Origin: Minisyncoccota bacterium
Lineage (GTDB): Bacteria; Patescibacteriota; Minisyncoccia; Phycocordibacterales; PALSA-1337
Length of the DNA: 64,000 bases
Reading direction: 5' to 3'
Assembly: GCA_041663145.1 (NCBI GenBank)
Contig: JBAZRG010000001.1
Span: forward strand, 74,467 to 138,466
Positions 37,466-47,568 of the stretch are shown here, in pieces. The translations under genes and the position numbers were made by a program. The notes under the pieces were generated by a model. The model was not told where the DNA came from. It saw only the letters and a program-made list of their open reading frames with translations, and did not search any database. Each line of letters starts with the position of its first letter. Position 1 is the stretch's first letter.

Positions 37466-38593
37466 ATGAAAAAATTAACAAAGAGCGAATTTGTAGGAGA
37501 TTTATCAAAATTGGTGTCGATTGAGACACTTACTTCTGATATCGAGCAAAATACAAAAGCCTTAGATTATATAGAATCTAAGATCGACAAAAGGACGAAC
37601 ATCAAGCGTATTAAAAATGGTAAGGCAGAATGTCTCATTGCTTGCAATATAGATACACGTACGCCAGATATTTGCTATTTAGCACACATTGATGTGGTTG
37701 CTGGGAGGTCAGATCAATTCAATATGATAGTGAAAGGAAGCATTGCATATGGTCGTGGCGTAAGTGACATGAAATTCTCGATTCCAATAGGTTATACACT
37801 TCTCAATAATCTGATCGATAGTAAGTCAAAACTATCATTCGCTTTTGTTGTTACCACAGACGAAGAAACTGGTGGCTATGATGGTTGTGCGTACTTGGTC
37901 AATGAATACGGGTTCAAACCAAAGGTACTTATCGTACCTGATGGCGGCGACAATCTCATATTTGTTAATAAGTCGAAAGGAGTTTGTGCTCTGAGAATAG
38001 ATTCGATTGGAAAGCCGGTACACTCTTCCAGAATATGGGATGGTAAAAATGCTTTAGAACCGCTGATTAAACTCTGTGGAGAAATACTTAGAAGATACGA
38101 GAAAAATAATAAAAAGGAATCGTGGAAGACGATGATAAATATCGGAAAATTACAAGGGGGTACATTTGTCAACCAAGTTTGTCCTGAGGCTTATGTAACT
38201 CTCGACTTTAGATTTCCTGAGACAACGACTTCAGATGCGATTATTGATGAAGTCTCTGCTATTGCCAAGAAAATTGATTCTTCACTAAAAATATCAAAAA
38301 GTTCAGTCGGTAAGCCGACATTCGTCGATATGAAGAATCTAATAGTAAAACTCTTTATTGAGAGTCTTGAGAAAACTTTTGATCAAAAGATCAAAATCAA
38401 AGGGACATATGGTGCTTCTGATGCCAGACACTTTGCTGATCTAAATATTCCAATACTGATGATAAAACCAATTGGCGGTGAAATACATGGTGAAAATGAG
38501 AATATTGATATTGATTCATGCCTTTTATTCTATTCTGCTCTAAATAATTTTCTAATCGAATTTGAAGAGAAAAAATTACAATTGCATCGGTAA
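37466..38593 (+). CDS. M20-family metallopeptidase (ArgE/DapE-like)
   Basis: 'AHIDVV', 'GVSDMKFSI' and 'TTDEETGG' motifs. Terminator hairpin at 38606-38645. Confidence 0.7.
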   Translation: MKKLTKSEFVGDLSKLVSIETLTSDIEQNTKALDYIESKIDKRTNIKRIKNGKAECLIACNIDTRTPDICYLAHIDVVAGRSDQFNMIVKGSIAYGRGVSDMKFSIPIGYTLLNNLIDSKSKLSFAFVVTTDEETGGYDGCAYLVNEYGFKPKVLIVPDGGDNLIFVNKSKGVCALRIDSIGKPVHSSRIWDGKNALEPLIKLCGEILRRYEKNNKKESWKTMINIGKLQGGTFVNQVCPEAYVTLDFRFPETTTSDAIIDEVSAIAKKIDSSLKISKSSVGKPTFVDMKNLIVKLFIESLEKTFDQKIKIKGTYGASDARHFADLNIPILMIKPIGGEIHGENENIDIDSCLLFYSALNNFLIEFEEKKLQLHR

Positions 38594-38601
38594 ATATTGA
38601 T

Positions 38602-38865
38602 CTAAAACAACCCCGTCCGCTTGCGGCGGGGTTGTTGATTTTTTCTGATAATGAAGACAATACCACCGAGTACCAAAGCCCAAATGATAATTTTACCGAT
38701 TATACTTCCTAGATTACCCGATGAGACTGCGGATATGGAGCTTAGTAATATGAAAGCAAGACCTAAAATAAATATAGCCATGATTGGTTGAAAAGGATCA
38801 CGGTATCCTCCACGGCGACGGTGATGATAGTAGTATGGTTTTCGATAGTTGCGGTAGTAGCTCAT
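38602..38865 (-). CDS. Small hypothetical membrane protein (Tyr/Arg-rich N-terminus, 2 TM helices)
   Basis: ORF. The C-terminal end overlaps the M20 terminator hairpin. Confidence 0.3.
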   Translation of the reverse strand: MSYYRNYRKPYYYHHRRRGGYRDPFQPIMAIFILGLAFILLSSISAVSSGNLGSIIGKIIIWALVLGGIVFIIRKNQQPRRKRTGLF

Positions 38866-39158
38866 TGATATGGGTTCGATTATACCTCTAGTCCTTAAGT
38901 GAAATTACTTGAAGTCCTTTTTCCTCAATATCTTTTCGTGGCCAAAACTTGATTAGATCATTTATTTTCCATATCCCGACATAGCCAACTTGTTTTTCCA
39001 ACTCCCGTCCAGTGTAATCTTTTGTTGCAGGATTCCATTCTTTTAACACTATTGAATTTATGTTAAATGGGAGCTAAACATTTTCAATATTATGCAAATG
39101 AAAAACCCGCTGCGACGAGTCCTTCAGTGAAGACTGTTGCGAGCGGGTGAACACCTGT

Positions 39159-39878
39159 CTAGATGACAATTTCTCCCGGATTGAATACGTGGAACCCGGA
39201 TTCAGCGGTTCTTCCGCCATCGTTGGAATTCCGATAGCTTCCTTGTCCCACAATAGTACCGGATTTTTGTGCTCTTATGAGAACAGTAGGACCATAAGGT
39301 CCCTCAACCCAATCACCTGAGTTTCCGTCCTCACTTAGACGGAATGTGCTGATTTTGTTGTTTCCTATTGAGTCTGAATCATCCTTCTTCTCAATTTTAC
39401 ACCCCAATTTTCTGCCAAGTTGGAATTGGCACCAGACTGTTCGTGCTTCCTGCCATCCAGGCGGTAAGCTTTTCCTCTTATATTTCCACTCCACCACTCT
39501 CGTAGTAAGAGATGTGTTATTGGCGAAGCGGAATACCCAATCGTCGGTGTTAAATGCAGAGTGTCCTACAAATACACCACTACCGGCCACTGGTCGTATC
39601 TCCGGCTTTTTCTCGCTAACTTCTGTTGCCTCTGGTACGAGTTGCAGATGCGCGAGCCCATCTCCATTTTTGGTGAAGATGTGGAAAGTTTCAGGCAATC
39701 GATAAAAGTCGTTAGCGATCATCTCTTTTGCCTCGCTACTGCATTGCACAAACCGTGTTGCCTCTTCAAATTTGGCGCGAAAGTTTGTGTCATCAGCGCG
39801 GAATTCGGTCCTTTGAAGACCATTTTCTAATACATAACACACCCTGAATTTCATTTGTTTCCTTTTTTTAATGAGCAT
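39159..39878 (-). CDS. Hypothetical protein (GC-rich ORF)
   Basis: A 239-aa ORF with locally elevated GC. No motif recognised. Confidence 0.35.
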   Translation of the reverse strand: MLIKKRKQMKFRVCYVLENGLQRTEFRADDTNFRAKFEEATRFVQCSSEAKEMIANDFYRLPETFHIFTKNGDGLAHLQLVPEATEVSEKKPEIRPVAGSGVFVGHSAFNTDDWVFRFANNTSLTTRVVEWKYKRKSLPPGWQEARTVWCQFQLGRKLGCKIEKKDDSDSIGNNKISTFRLSEDGNSGDWVEGPYGPTVLIRAQKSGTIVGQGSYRNSNDGGRTAESGFHVFNPGEIVI

Positions 39879-40162
39879 TTGCGGTTGCTCGTCTTACCGT
39901 CCAGTCATCATAGTCGAAGTCTCTGGAAGACTTTGGGTGCACGCATCTCTTCATGAGCGCATGCACTAACGAGTCGAAACGAACAGTTTCAACCCAACGT
40001 CCCAATTAGGGAAATGTTTACTATACTCTTAGAGTGTAGCTTTACAGGAACTATTAAAAGTGCCCATAAAGCTACACAAGAAAAGTTGTGTGTATACTTG
40101 TTATAATATGTCAAAAAACTATATGCTAACATCATAGCATATTCGATATATAATGTCAAGTG

Positions 40163-40235
40163 CTCCGCGGGTAGGATTCGAACCTACGACCAATCCCTTA
40201 ACAGGGGACCGCTCTACCAACTGAGCTACCGCGGA
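40163..40235 (-). tRNA. tRNA-Asn (GTT)
   Basis: Minus-strand reading TCCGCGG...CCGCGGA-G. Anticodon loop CTGTTAA. T-arm GGTTCGAATCC. Confidence 0.8.
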
Positions 40236-40478
40236 ATGTTGTATCTATATGGTTTTAAATATTTCGTGATGTGTCTACTTGTCCTTCGTAGCTCCGAGTT
40301 TTACGAGGAGCGAAGGAGGACCAAGACAGCTACCGCGGAATATGTTTTACACTGGAACGATCTTCACTATCAAATGTCAAGCTATGTTTCTCGCGCTCGA
40401 CATGAGAGAATGTACCATATAGTCATGACGAAATCAAAATCATCGAACTGGATTAGTGTCATAATAGAAGACTAGGAT

Positions 40479-40691
40479 ATGTTGATCAAAGTAAAAGTAA
40501 TAACAGAGGCCAAGAGGGAATCTATAAAGGAGGTGACTCACGATAGTTTCCGAGTATCTTTGACTGAAGCGGCGGAGCAAGGTCGGGCCAATGGACGTTT
40601 ATTGGAAATAATGAGAAAATTGTACGCAAAGAGATCAATTAAAATAATAAAAGGTCATCATTCGAGGAGTAAGATTTTGGAAATTGTATAG
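40479..40691 (+). CDS. DUF167/YggU-family protein
   Basis: The 70-aa sequence 'IKVKVITEAKRESI...AAEQGRANGRLLEIMRKL...IIKGHHSRSKILEI' fits the UPF0235 pattern. Confidence 0.55.
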   Translation: MLIKVKVITEAKRESIKEVTHDSFRVSLTEAAEQGRANGRLLEIMRKLYAKRSIKIIKGHHSRSKILEIV

Positions 40692-40767
40692 AAAGCAGTA
40701 TAGTAGATATAGGAGTAGTTCCTTTGTTCATTAATAGCAAGTCGCCGCGTAATACATAAAAACAAAC

Positions 40768-41151
40768 ATGAACATAAACATCAAGACTACATCGATCACT
40801 CTCACTCCGGCAATTTCAGAATACGTTGCAAAGCGCCTAGATAAGATCGGTAAATTGCTGGGTAACGATCCTTCGATTCAGTGCGATGTTGAATTGGCTA
40901 GGACAACTGAACATCATCAGAAAGGTAATATATTTCGCGCCGAGATTCACATAGTAGGTTCAGCCAAAAATGCTTATGCCAGTTCAGAGGAGACCGATCT
41001 ATATTCCGCTATTGATACCGTCCGTGATGAAATCCTGCAGGAGATTCGAGTCGGTAAAGGTAAAAAAATATCTCTGATTCGACGCAGTGGAGCCAGATTG
41101 AAAAATATGGTAAAGGGTCTTTGGTCTTGGAGACGATCAAAGTCATTGTAA
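40768..41151 (+). CDS. hpf: Ribosome hibernation promoting factor / RaiA family
   Basis: 'MNINIKTTSITLTPAISEYVAKRLDKIGKLL' is typical of the S30AE/HPF N-terminal domain. Confidence 0.7.
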   Translation: MNINIKTTSITLTPAISEYVAKRLDKIGKLLGNDPSIQCDVELARTTEHHQKGNIFRAEIHIVGSAKNAYASSEETDLYSAIDTVRDEILQEIRVGKGKKISLIRRSGARLKNMVKGLWSWRRSKSL

Positions 41152-41392
41152 AAAGTTCGCGTGATGGACTAAAGAGTCTTATCGCATTATAATATTCTTA
41201 TATGAATAAAACTTTTTTTAGTGCGAGTGAGATGAAACAACCAGTCAATCAGTGGATATGCATAGCTTTTATGTTGGTATTTTGTTTTTGGACAGTACTA
41301 TTTTATTCCGTAGAAAAAGCCAAAGATATTGGCAATGAATTTATTGCTCAAGGAGCATCGATCGATCTTGCGAATTAACAAGTAAAGATATA

Positions 41393-42247
41393 TCAGGAAG
41401 GCAATGTGATCCCATAGCCATTCTGAAAGTCGGCAAAAGACATTATTTTTGCGCCCTCAGGCAATACTTTTTCTATAATAAGTTTATCGTTTTTATATGA
41501 AGCCTCGATGATCTTGACCCGAATACTTCGGCCATCTCTTTTGTAGATGAAATATGCCTGTGGCCATGAATGATATGCTTGAATTTTTCGAAAATTGGTA
41601 TATGGATTTGCAGAAAGATCTATGAGACCGTCTTCTTTGGTGACCTTTTTGGTGTAAGTGGCATATTCATGTTTTTGTGGAAGAGCGGTAACACTGCCGT
41701 CCATCCATTTTGGTAATATTTCTACCAATAGACGAGCTCCTTCTCGAGCCATCATTTCTTCGAATTTCTCATAGGTCGGCCATTCGGTAACGATTACATT
41801 TTTTTGGGCAACGATCGGACCATGGTCCATTTCCGAATCGAGTACCATGATAGACACTCCCGTTTCTTTCACATCATCAATCATCATGGTTGGCAGTGGT
41901 GAAGGACCTCGATATTCTGGAAGAAGGGAGGGGTGAATATTCAGTGTCTGTTTTTTGGGTATATCAAGCAAAGATTTTGGCAAGATGCGTCCATAGGATG
42001 CAACAATGAATACATCTACATTCAAGTTTGCAAGTTCCGGACCTAGCTCCTTTGGTGAAGAATCAAAAACTTTTATATTTCTTTCCACCCCCCATTGTTT
42101 CGTGACATTAGGTGTTAGTATTTGTTTTCTTCCAACTGGCTTATCCTTAGTCGTCACGATACATTTAGGTAACATATGTGCTTTCTCCAATTCGTCCAAG
42201 ACGATGATTGAAAATCTCGATGAACCGAAGAAGGCAAAATTAATCAT
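41393..42247 (-). CDS. fmt: Methionyl-tRNA formyltransferase
   Basis: N-terminal formyltransferase fold ('FFGSSRFS', 'HPSLLPEYRGPSP') plus a C-terminal domain. Overlaps def. Confidence 0.8.
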   Translation of the reverse strand: MINFAFFGSSRFSIIVLDELEKAHMLPKCIVTTKDKPVGRKQILTPNVTKQWGVERNIKVFDSSPKELGPELANLNVDVFIVASYGRILPKSLLDIPKKQTLNIHPSLLPEYRGPSPLPTMMIDDVKETGVSIMVLDSEMDHGPIVAQKNVIVTEWPTYEKFEEMMAREGARLLVEILPKWMDGSVTALPQKHEYATYTKKVTKEDGLIDLSANPYTNFRKIQAYHSWPQAYFIYKRDGRSIRVKIIEASYKNDKLIIEKVLPEGAKIMSFADFQNGYGITLPS

Positions 42248-42779
42248 GATTTTGTGTCTGTAACTCCTCGATTTCTTCGGGAGTCATTTCCCAGACTTCC
42301 TTGGCATTGTCTATGAATAATACGCCTTTCAAATGATCTATCTCATGTTGAAAAACTTGAGCCAAAATACCGCTTGCTCCACGCTCGATCTTTTTTCCAG
42401 TTTCATCATAAGCGCTTATGATGACTCTTTTTGCTCGACGAACCTTGCCATAGAACCAACGCACGGATAGGCATCCTTCTTCGACATCATGTTTTTCTTT
42501 TGAGATTTTGAGTAAAACAGGATTGATGAAAATAAGATCCGATCCATCGCCTCGATATGAAGGGTCGGCTTGCTTCAAGACTGTTCCGGAAACTACAAAA
42601 ATTTGCAGGTCAACACCGATCTGAGGAGCTGCGATAGCGATGCCGTCTTTTTGTTTACCCATCGCGGTACGCATCTTGGCGATTACAGAATTGATAGCTG
42701 GACTGCCAATATCTGAAATGGGTACAGGTCTCGCTGTCTGTCTCAATATGGGATGATCTTTGTCGACGATTTCGTTCAT
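42240..42779 (-). CDS. def: Peptide deformylase
   Basis: 'GIAIAAPQIG', 'EGCLS' and 'QHEIDHLKG' motifs. Confidence 0.9.
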   Translation of the reverse strand: MNEIVDKDHPILRQTARPVPISDIGSPAINSVIAKMRTAMGKQKDGIAIAAPQIGVDLQIFVVSGTVLKQADPSYRGDGSDLIFINPVLLKISKEKHDVEEGCLSVRWFYGKVRRAKRVIISAYDETGKKIERGASGILAQVFQHEIDHLKGVLFIDNAKEVWEMTPEEIEELQTQNHD

Positions 42780-42814
42780 TTATATACTATAACAGTGTTA
42801 TGATGATTAGTAAA

Positions 42815-43070
42815 ATTACATCTGCAACCTCTCACACATCATTACATATGTATAGACCCCAACATAATGTTCCCGCCACAATCCTGCGTAATCGCTTCTC
42901 AAATTACAACCGTGTTTGGTTCCAAGGCTTCACCAAACACGGGTAATTTTTCGAAGCTCAATCGCATACTCGGATTGTTTCGGGAACATTATGTTGGGGG
43001 TCATGACATAAGCATAAGTTCGCAAAATGTTCTCGGAAGACAAAAATGATGTGTGAGGGGTTGCAGATGG
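42815..43070. repeat. Composite palindromic MITE-like element, copy 1 (inner TIR element 42855-43004 nested in an outer 27-bp inverted repeat)
   Basis: Inner TIRs GACCCCAACATAATGTTCCCG / CGGGAACATTATGTTGGGGGTC. Outer IR ACATCTGCAACCTCTCACACATCATT / AATGATGTGTGAGGGGTTGCAGATG. An internal hairpin CCGTGTTTGGT...ACCAAACACGG is also present. A second copy lies at 55355-55536. Confidence 0.8.
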
Positions 43071-43089
43071 GTTACAACTCAAATTACGA

Positions 43090-45015
43090 CTAGAGTAAAC
43101 TTTCTGGATTTATCTTGACACTGACATCTGGTGGCATTTGGCGGATCTTATCGATCAGTACTGGATCAGGCCATGAATGAGATTCTATAGATAAGAGTCC
43201 GTGGATCACAGATTTACCTCTGACTGTTGAAGTAAAAGCTGGAAAGATATTTAGATCGGCCGGGTCTAAGATTTTTTGGATCACAGCCATCTGTTTTGAG
43301 ATCTTTTCTTTTTCACCTTCTATCGTGATTTTGACCAAGACAGTATATGGCGGATATTGAAATTGCTTTCGTTCGGCGAGAGCTGATCGATAAAAATCGG
43401 ACAGATTGCCTTTTAGACCGTATTCAAATACTTTTTCGGATATATGACGCGTTTGGACCATGATCGTACGCGAAGCCATGCCACGAAGACGTACTAGTGT
43501 ATGCATGATTTTTTCTTGGATTCGAAAATCCGGTAGAGCAAAAAGGGAATCCAATGAAGCTATTGCTACATGATCGATCCGATCTAACAAATACAATGCC
43601 GCCATATCAGTTCCGAGTAATATACTACCGGGGTGGCTCTTAAATTTATCTAATGTATCATTTACTTTTTTATCGGTTTCAGTCAGGTCCTTGTCGATCT
43701 GGAATAAATCTATGTCTGGAAATTTAGTTTTGATTTCCAGAGCAACCTTGTCTATACCGATACCTAGTGGAGTCAATCTCCAACTTCCACATGATATGCA
43801 ATTTTCTTCGGCATCACATCTCTCACCACATTTGTGACACATAAAGAAATTTCTACCACTTTCTGTTGAAGTATGGAGTACGACTGGCGCAGAACAGTTT
43901 TTGCACATTACGATAGTCTCACAATCATCACATACGGTGAGAGGCGAATGTCCACGACGCAAAGTCAAGATGAATAAATGAGTGTTTTGTTCTTGATTGG
44001 CGCGAATCAACTCCTCAAGTTCTTTTGAAAGTATCCGAAAACCGTCGGCTTTAGCTGTTTTTATCTTCATATCAACCAATTTATCCTGTGCGGTCGATAT
44101 TGATCTCCATTTGAAAGGTGATCCTTCTTCGATATTTTCAGTCTCCAATCTATGCAAAGTCTCGATTGAAAGCAGACTGTCAGCTAGATATATACTCTGT
44201 TTTGATTGTAAACCGATAGTTTCCAAAGCGTGTCTTATATCCAAATAAGGCGCTTTCAAAGTTCGCCAATTTCTAGAATTTTCTCTTTCAATAATGATTG
44301 TGTCGATATCGTCTCGTGGCAAGATGGGGAATGATCCGGTTGCGATGACGACGATGGGGTGCAGAGTCTCAGAGATTTTAGTCCATGTTTCGACAATCTG
44401 TTTTTTTGTTAGATCACCATTCAACTTGAATATATAACCCTCTATTCCTTTTTCCAGTACTTTATAAAAATATTCAGAGTCGGCTATGGTTGGAGTGTAT
44501 ATGACTATAGATCGCTTACGGGCAAATTCCTGACGGATGAGACTGCGCCATGAACTGATCCTGTCGAGATCATTTGCCTGTATCGCAAAAATATTATTCT
44601 TGGCCATGATCGGATCGGAATTTTTCGGCTTTGCAGTTTCAAATGAGTTTTGCCTAGGCAAAGGAGGTCTGATCTTGTCTGATTGATCTAAGATAGTTCT
44701 AGCAACCATAGTGTCGATGATGGCACCGATCGTTGTGGCATAGTGTATAGACAATTTATTTGAGGCTGCTATAAATGCTGGAGGGAAGAACATCACAGCT
44801 TTGATCTTGCCTAGTTTGCGGATAATGAATCCAGCTTTTTTGATATCCATCTTTTGATCGACAGCATCTTCGCTTTTCGTAACTACGGCGTGAATGCTCT
44901 TTGATCGAAGTGGAACGGTTACGATAGCGCCTATTGGGACATCGGTAGAAGTGAAATATGACAGTTCTCCGGATATCTTCGAATTTGAAAGCGGTATGAC
45001 CGTAATGATGTTCAT
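43090..45015 (-). CDS. priA: Primosomal protein N' (PriA-like) with a Cys-rich zinc-binding insert; helicase motifs look degenerate
   Basis: N-terminal 3'-DNA-binding-domain-like segment, Cys cluster 'CDDCETIVMCKNC...CHKCGERCDAEENCISCGS', and a PriA C-terminal region. I could not find a GxGKT Walker A or a DExH box by eye. Confidence 0.65.
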   Translation of the reverse strand: MNIITVIPLSNSKISGELSYFTSTDVPIGAIVTVPLRSKSIHAVVTKSEDAVDQKMDIKKAGFIIRKLGKIKAVMFFPPAFIAASNKLSIHYATTIGAIIDTMVARTILDQSDKIRPPLPRQNSFETAKPKNSDPIMAKNNIFAIQANDLDRISSWRSLIRQEFARKRSIVIYTPTIADSEYFYKVLEKGIEGYIFKLNGDLTKKQIVETWTKISETLHPIVVIATGSFPILPRDDIDTIIIERENSRNWRTLKAPYLDIRHALETIGLQSKQSIYLADSLLSIETLHRLETENIEEGSPFKWRSISTAQDKLVDMKIKTAKADGFRILSKELEELIRANQEQNTHLFILTLRRGHSPLTVCDDCETIVMCKNCSAPVVLHTSTESGRNFFMCHKCGERCDAEENCISCGSWRLTPLGIGIDKVALEIKTKFPDIDLFQIDKDLTETDKKVNDTLDKFKSHPGSILLGTDMAALYLLDRIDHVAIASLDSLFALPDFRIQEKIMHTLVRLRGMASRTIMVQTRHISEKVFEYGLKGNLSDFYRSALAERKQFQYPPYTVLVKITIEGEKEKISKQMAVIQKILDPADLNIFPAFTSTVRGKSVIHGLLSIESHSWPDPVLIDKIRQMPPDVSVKINPESLL

Positions 45016-45093
45016 GGTCTATTTATACCTCATTTATTTGTTAATTCCCACAGGAGCGTTTACAATGAGACAACAAACTATAATATCAAAAAC

Positions 45094-46401
45094 ATGAAAA
45101 ATAAAAGTGCAATATTAGAAATTGAAGGTATTGGTCAGGAAAAATCATTAAAAGGATCGATAAAAATCAACGGAGCCAAGAATGCGGCCTTGAAAGCCAT
45201 GGCCGCGGCTATCCTTTTCGATGGACCGGTAACTCTCAATAATATACCTGATAATGAAGACGTAAAGACTATGTCAGATATTCTGTCGAAGCTGGGGGCA
45301 AAGGTGATTAACGACGGTAAGCATTGTCTCAAGATCGACACGTCAAAGATACATTCGACAGCTATAGATCCGAAATTGGCAAGTAGTATGCGTGCCTCGA
45401 TAGTGTTGTCAGGTCCGATGCTCGGTCGTTTTGGTAAATTGACATTTCCAGCTCCAGGTGGCTGTGTGATCGGTTCGAGACCGATAGATCTATTCATCGA
45501 TGGATATGAAAAGCTCGGCGCTTCGACTACAGAAACCGAATGTATATATGAGATGAATGCTCCAAAGGGTCTAACTGGATCGGAAATCACTTTCAAGAAA
45601 ATATCGGTCGGAGCTACCGAAACGCTCATGATGGCGGCAGTTATGGCAAAGGGTACAACGACTTTGAATAATTGCGCCAAGGAGCCGGAAATCGTAAATG
45701 TAGCGGACTGGCTCAATGCTTGTGGTGCCAAAATAATGGGTCAGGGAACATCGACGATTACTATCGAAGGAAATGCTGGCCGCTTGCTTACCCCTAAAGT
45801 GCCATATACCGCGATTCCGGATCGTATCGAAGCCGGAAGTTATCTATTATTAGGAGCGATGCTCGCAAGTGACATTCGTATCGAAAATTGTAGGCCAGAT
45901 CATCTCGGGGCAGTTATCGATCTACTTCGTAAGTCTGGAGTTGAAATTAAGACCGGAGATGGTTTCGTACATATAGTGAATAATAAACCGAATAAAAATT
46001 ATGTAAGTGTCGACATAGAGACTCGAGAATACCCGGGATTTCCGACTGATCTACAAGCACAAGCAGTCACATTTCTGACACAGGTAACAGGAACAAGTAC
46101 TGTTACTGAAACGATTTTCGAAGGAAGATTCAAATACGTGCAAGATTTGATCAGTCTCGGTGCTAGGATCGATCAAGTTTCGGCTCATGAAATAAAAGTC
46201 CACGGTCCTACACCGTTCACACTTTCACCGTTGGATCAAATATTCAAAGCACATGATATTCGTGCTGGATTCGCATTGATCATGGCTTTGATCGCCGGAA
46301 AAGGAAAGTATTCGATAAAGGATATTCATCTAGTCGATCGCGGATACGAGCATATTGAAAATCGCTTGAAAGAGCTTGGTGTAAATGTAAAGAGAGTTTG
46401 A
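45094..46401 (+). CDS. murA: UDP-N-acetylglucosamine 1-carboxyvinyltransferase
   Basis: 'KINGAKNAALKAMAAAIL' N-terminus, catalytic Cys region, and an EPSP-synthase fold pattern across the protein. 435 aa. Confidence 0.9.
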   Translation: MKNKSAILEIEGIGQEKSLKGSIKINGAKNAALKAMAAAILFDGPVTLNNIPDNEDVKTMSDILSKLGAKVINDGKHCLKIDTSKIHSTAIDPKLASSMRASIVLSGPMLGRFGKLTFPAPGGCVIGSRPIDLFIDGYEKLGASTTETECIYEMNAPKGLTGSEITFKKISVGATETLMMAAVMAKGTTTLNNCAKEPEIVNVADWLNACGAKIMGQGTSTITIEGNAGRLLTPKVPYTAIPDRIEAGSYLLLGAMLASDIRIENCRPDHLGAVIDLLRKSGVEIKTGDGFVHIVNNKPNKNYVSVDIETREYPGFPTDLQAQAVTFLTQVTGTSTVTETIFEGRFKYVQDLISLGARIDQVSAHEIKVHGPTPFTLSPLDQIFKAHDIRAGFALIMALIAGKGKYSIKDIHLVDRGYEHIENRLKELGVNVKRV

Positions 46402-46423
46402 CGCGTTCGAACCTTCCAGAAGG

Positions 46424-46508
46424 AACTTCCCTCCCGTGCTCCGAGGACGGGTAGCTAGCGATTAGCGCCCGCAGGAGACGGGAGGGAAGTTCCTTCTGGA
46501 AGGTTCCT
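46424..46508. repeat. GC-rich 26-bp perfect inverted repeat with a 30-nt loop (intergenic murA-mreB)
   Basis: CCTTCCAGAAGGAACTTCCCTCCCGT ... ACGGGAGGGAAGTTCCTTCTGGAAGG. The loop carries 'GCGATTAGCG'. Confidence 0.8.
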
Positions 46509-46548
46509 GGATCGCTATCTTTTATAAATTTTGTGTTATAGTGCAAAT

Positions 46549-47562
46549 ATGAGTTTTTTTTCGCCAAAATTGGGAATAGATCTCGGTACTGCCAATACCC
46601 TAGTATTCGTGCCGAAAAAGGGAATAGTCTTGAATGAACCGTCGGTTGTGGCTGTTTCTGAGGTTGATAAAAAGGTCATGGCTGTGGGTTTTGAAGCCAA
46701 AGAAATGATCGGCCGCACTCCGGACGGTATCGTTGCCTATAGACCGATGCGTGATGGTGTAATCGCTGACTATAAAGTGACTGAGGCAATGCTTCGATAT
46801 TTTATCGATAAAGCATTGGGTAGATTTGCACTGTTAAAACCGGAGGTGATGCTATCTGTACCAGCCAATATAAGTTCGACTGAAAGACGTGCGGTGATCG
46901 AGGCAGCACTTCGGGCAGGTGCTCGAGCGGCATTCGTTGTCAAAGAACCAGTCTTGGCGGCAATCGGTGCAGGTATTCCTATTCATGAAGCCAAAGGTCA
47001 TATGGTTGTTGATATTGGTGGTGGTACTACTGACGTAGCAGTCATATCGCTCGGAGGTATAGTTTCCTCGACATCAGTAAAATGTGCCGGTACAAAGATC
47101 GATGCCGCCATAGCCGAATATGTAAAAAGGACTTTCAATCTAGCTGTTGGAGATCATATGGCAGAGATCATCAAGATCAATATTGGATCCGCCGTGCCTC
47201 TCGATCAGGAACTTTCTATGATAGTAAAGGGTCGTGACTATATCTCCGGATTGCCTAGATCTACGGAGATAAAGACAAATGAGATAGTCAAAGCTATTTC
47301 GATCGAACTTCGAGACATGATAAAAGCGATAAAGGATGTATTGCAGGAAACCCCACCAGAATTGGCGGCTGATATTATCGATCAGGGAATCATGATGACT
47401 GGCGGCTCATCACTGCTTCGAAACCTGCCCGAGCTAGTCTTTCGCCGTACCGGAGTCAAAGCTCAATTGGCGGAAGAACCGCTTCTCTGTGTCGTGAAGG
47501 GCACCGGCATCGCTCTCGATCATTTGGATCTGTATAAGAAATCGATCATTACAAAGAGGTAA
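46549..47562 (+). CDS. mreB: Rod shape-determining protein MreB
   Basis: 'LGIDLGTANTLVFV', 'VVDIGGGTTDVAV' and 'IMMTGGSSLLRNL' actin-fold motifs. The start is moved to Met 'MSFFSPK'. Confidence 0.9.
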   Translation: MSFFSPKLGIDLGTANTLVFVPKKGIVLNEPSVVAVSEVDKKVMAVGFEAKEMIGRTPDGIVAYRPMRDGVIADYKVTEAMLRYFIDKALGRFALLKPEVMLSVPANISSTERRAVIEAALRAGARAAFVVKEPVLAAIGAGIPIHEAKGHMVVDIGGGTTDVAVISLGGIVSSTSVKCAGTKIDAAIAEYVKRTFNLAVGDHMAEIIKINIGSAVPLDQELSMIVKGRDYISGLPRSTEIKTNEIVKAISIELRDMIKAIKDVLQETPPELAADIIDQGIMMTGGSSLLRNLPELVFRRTGVKAQLAEEPLLCVVKGTGIALDHLDLYKKSIITKR

Positions 47563-47568
47563 TGACTT

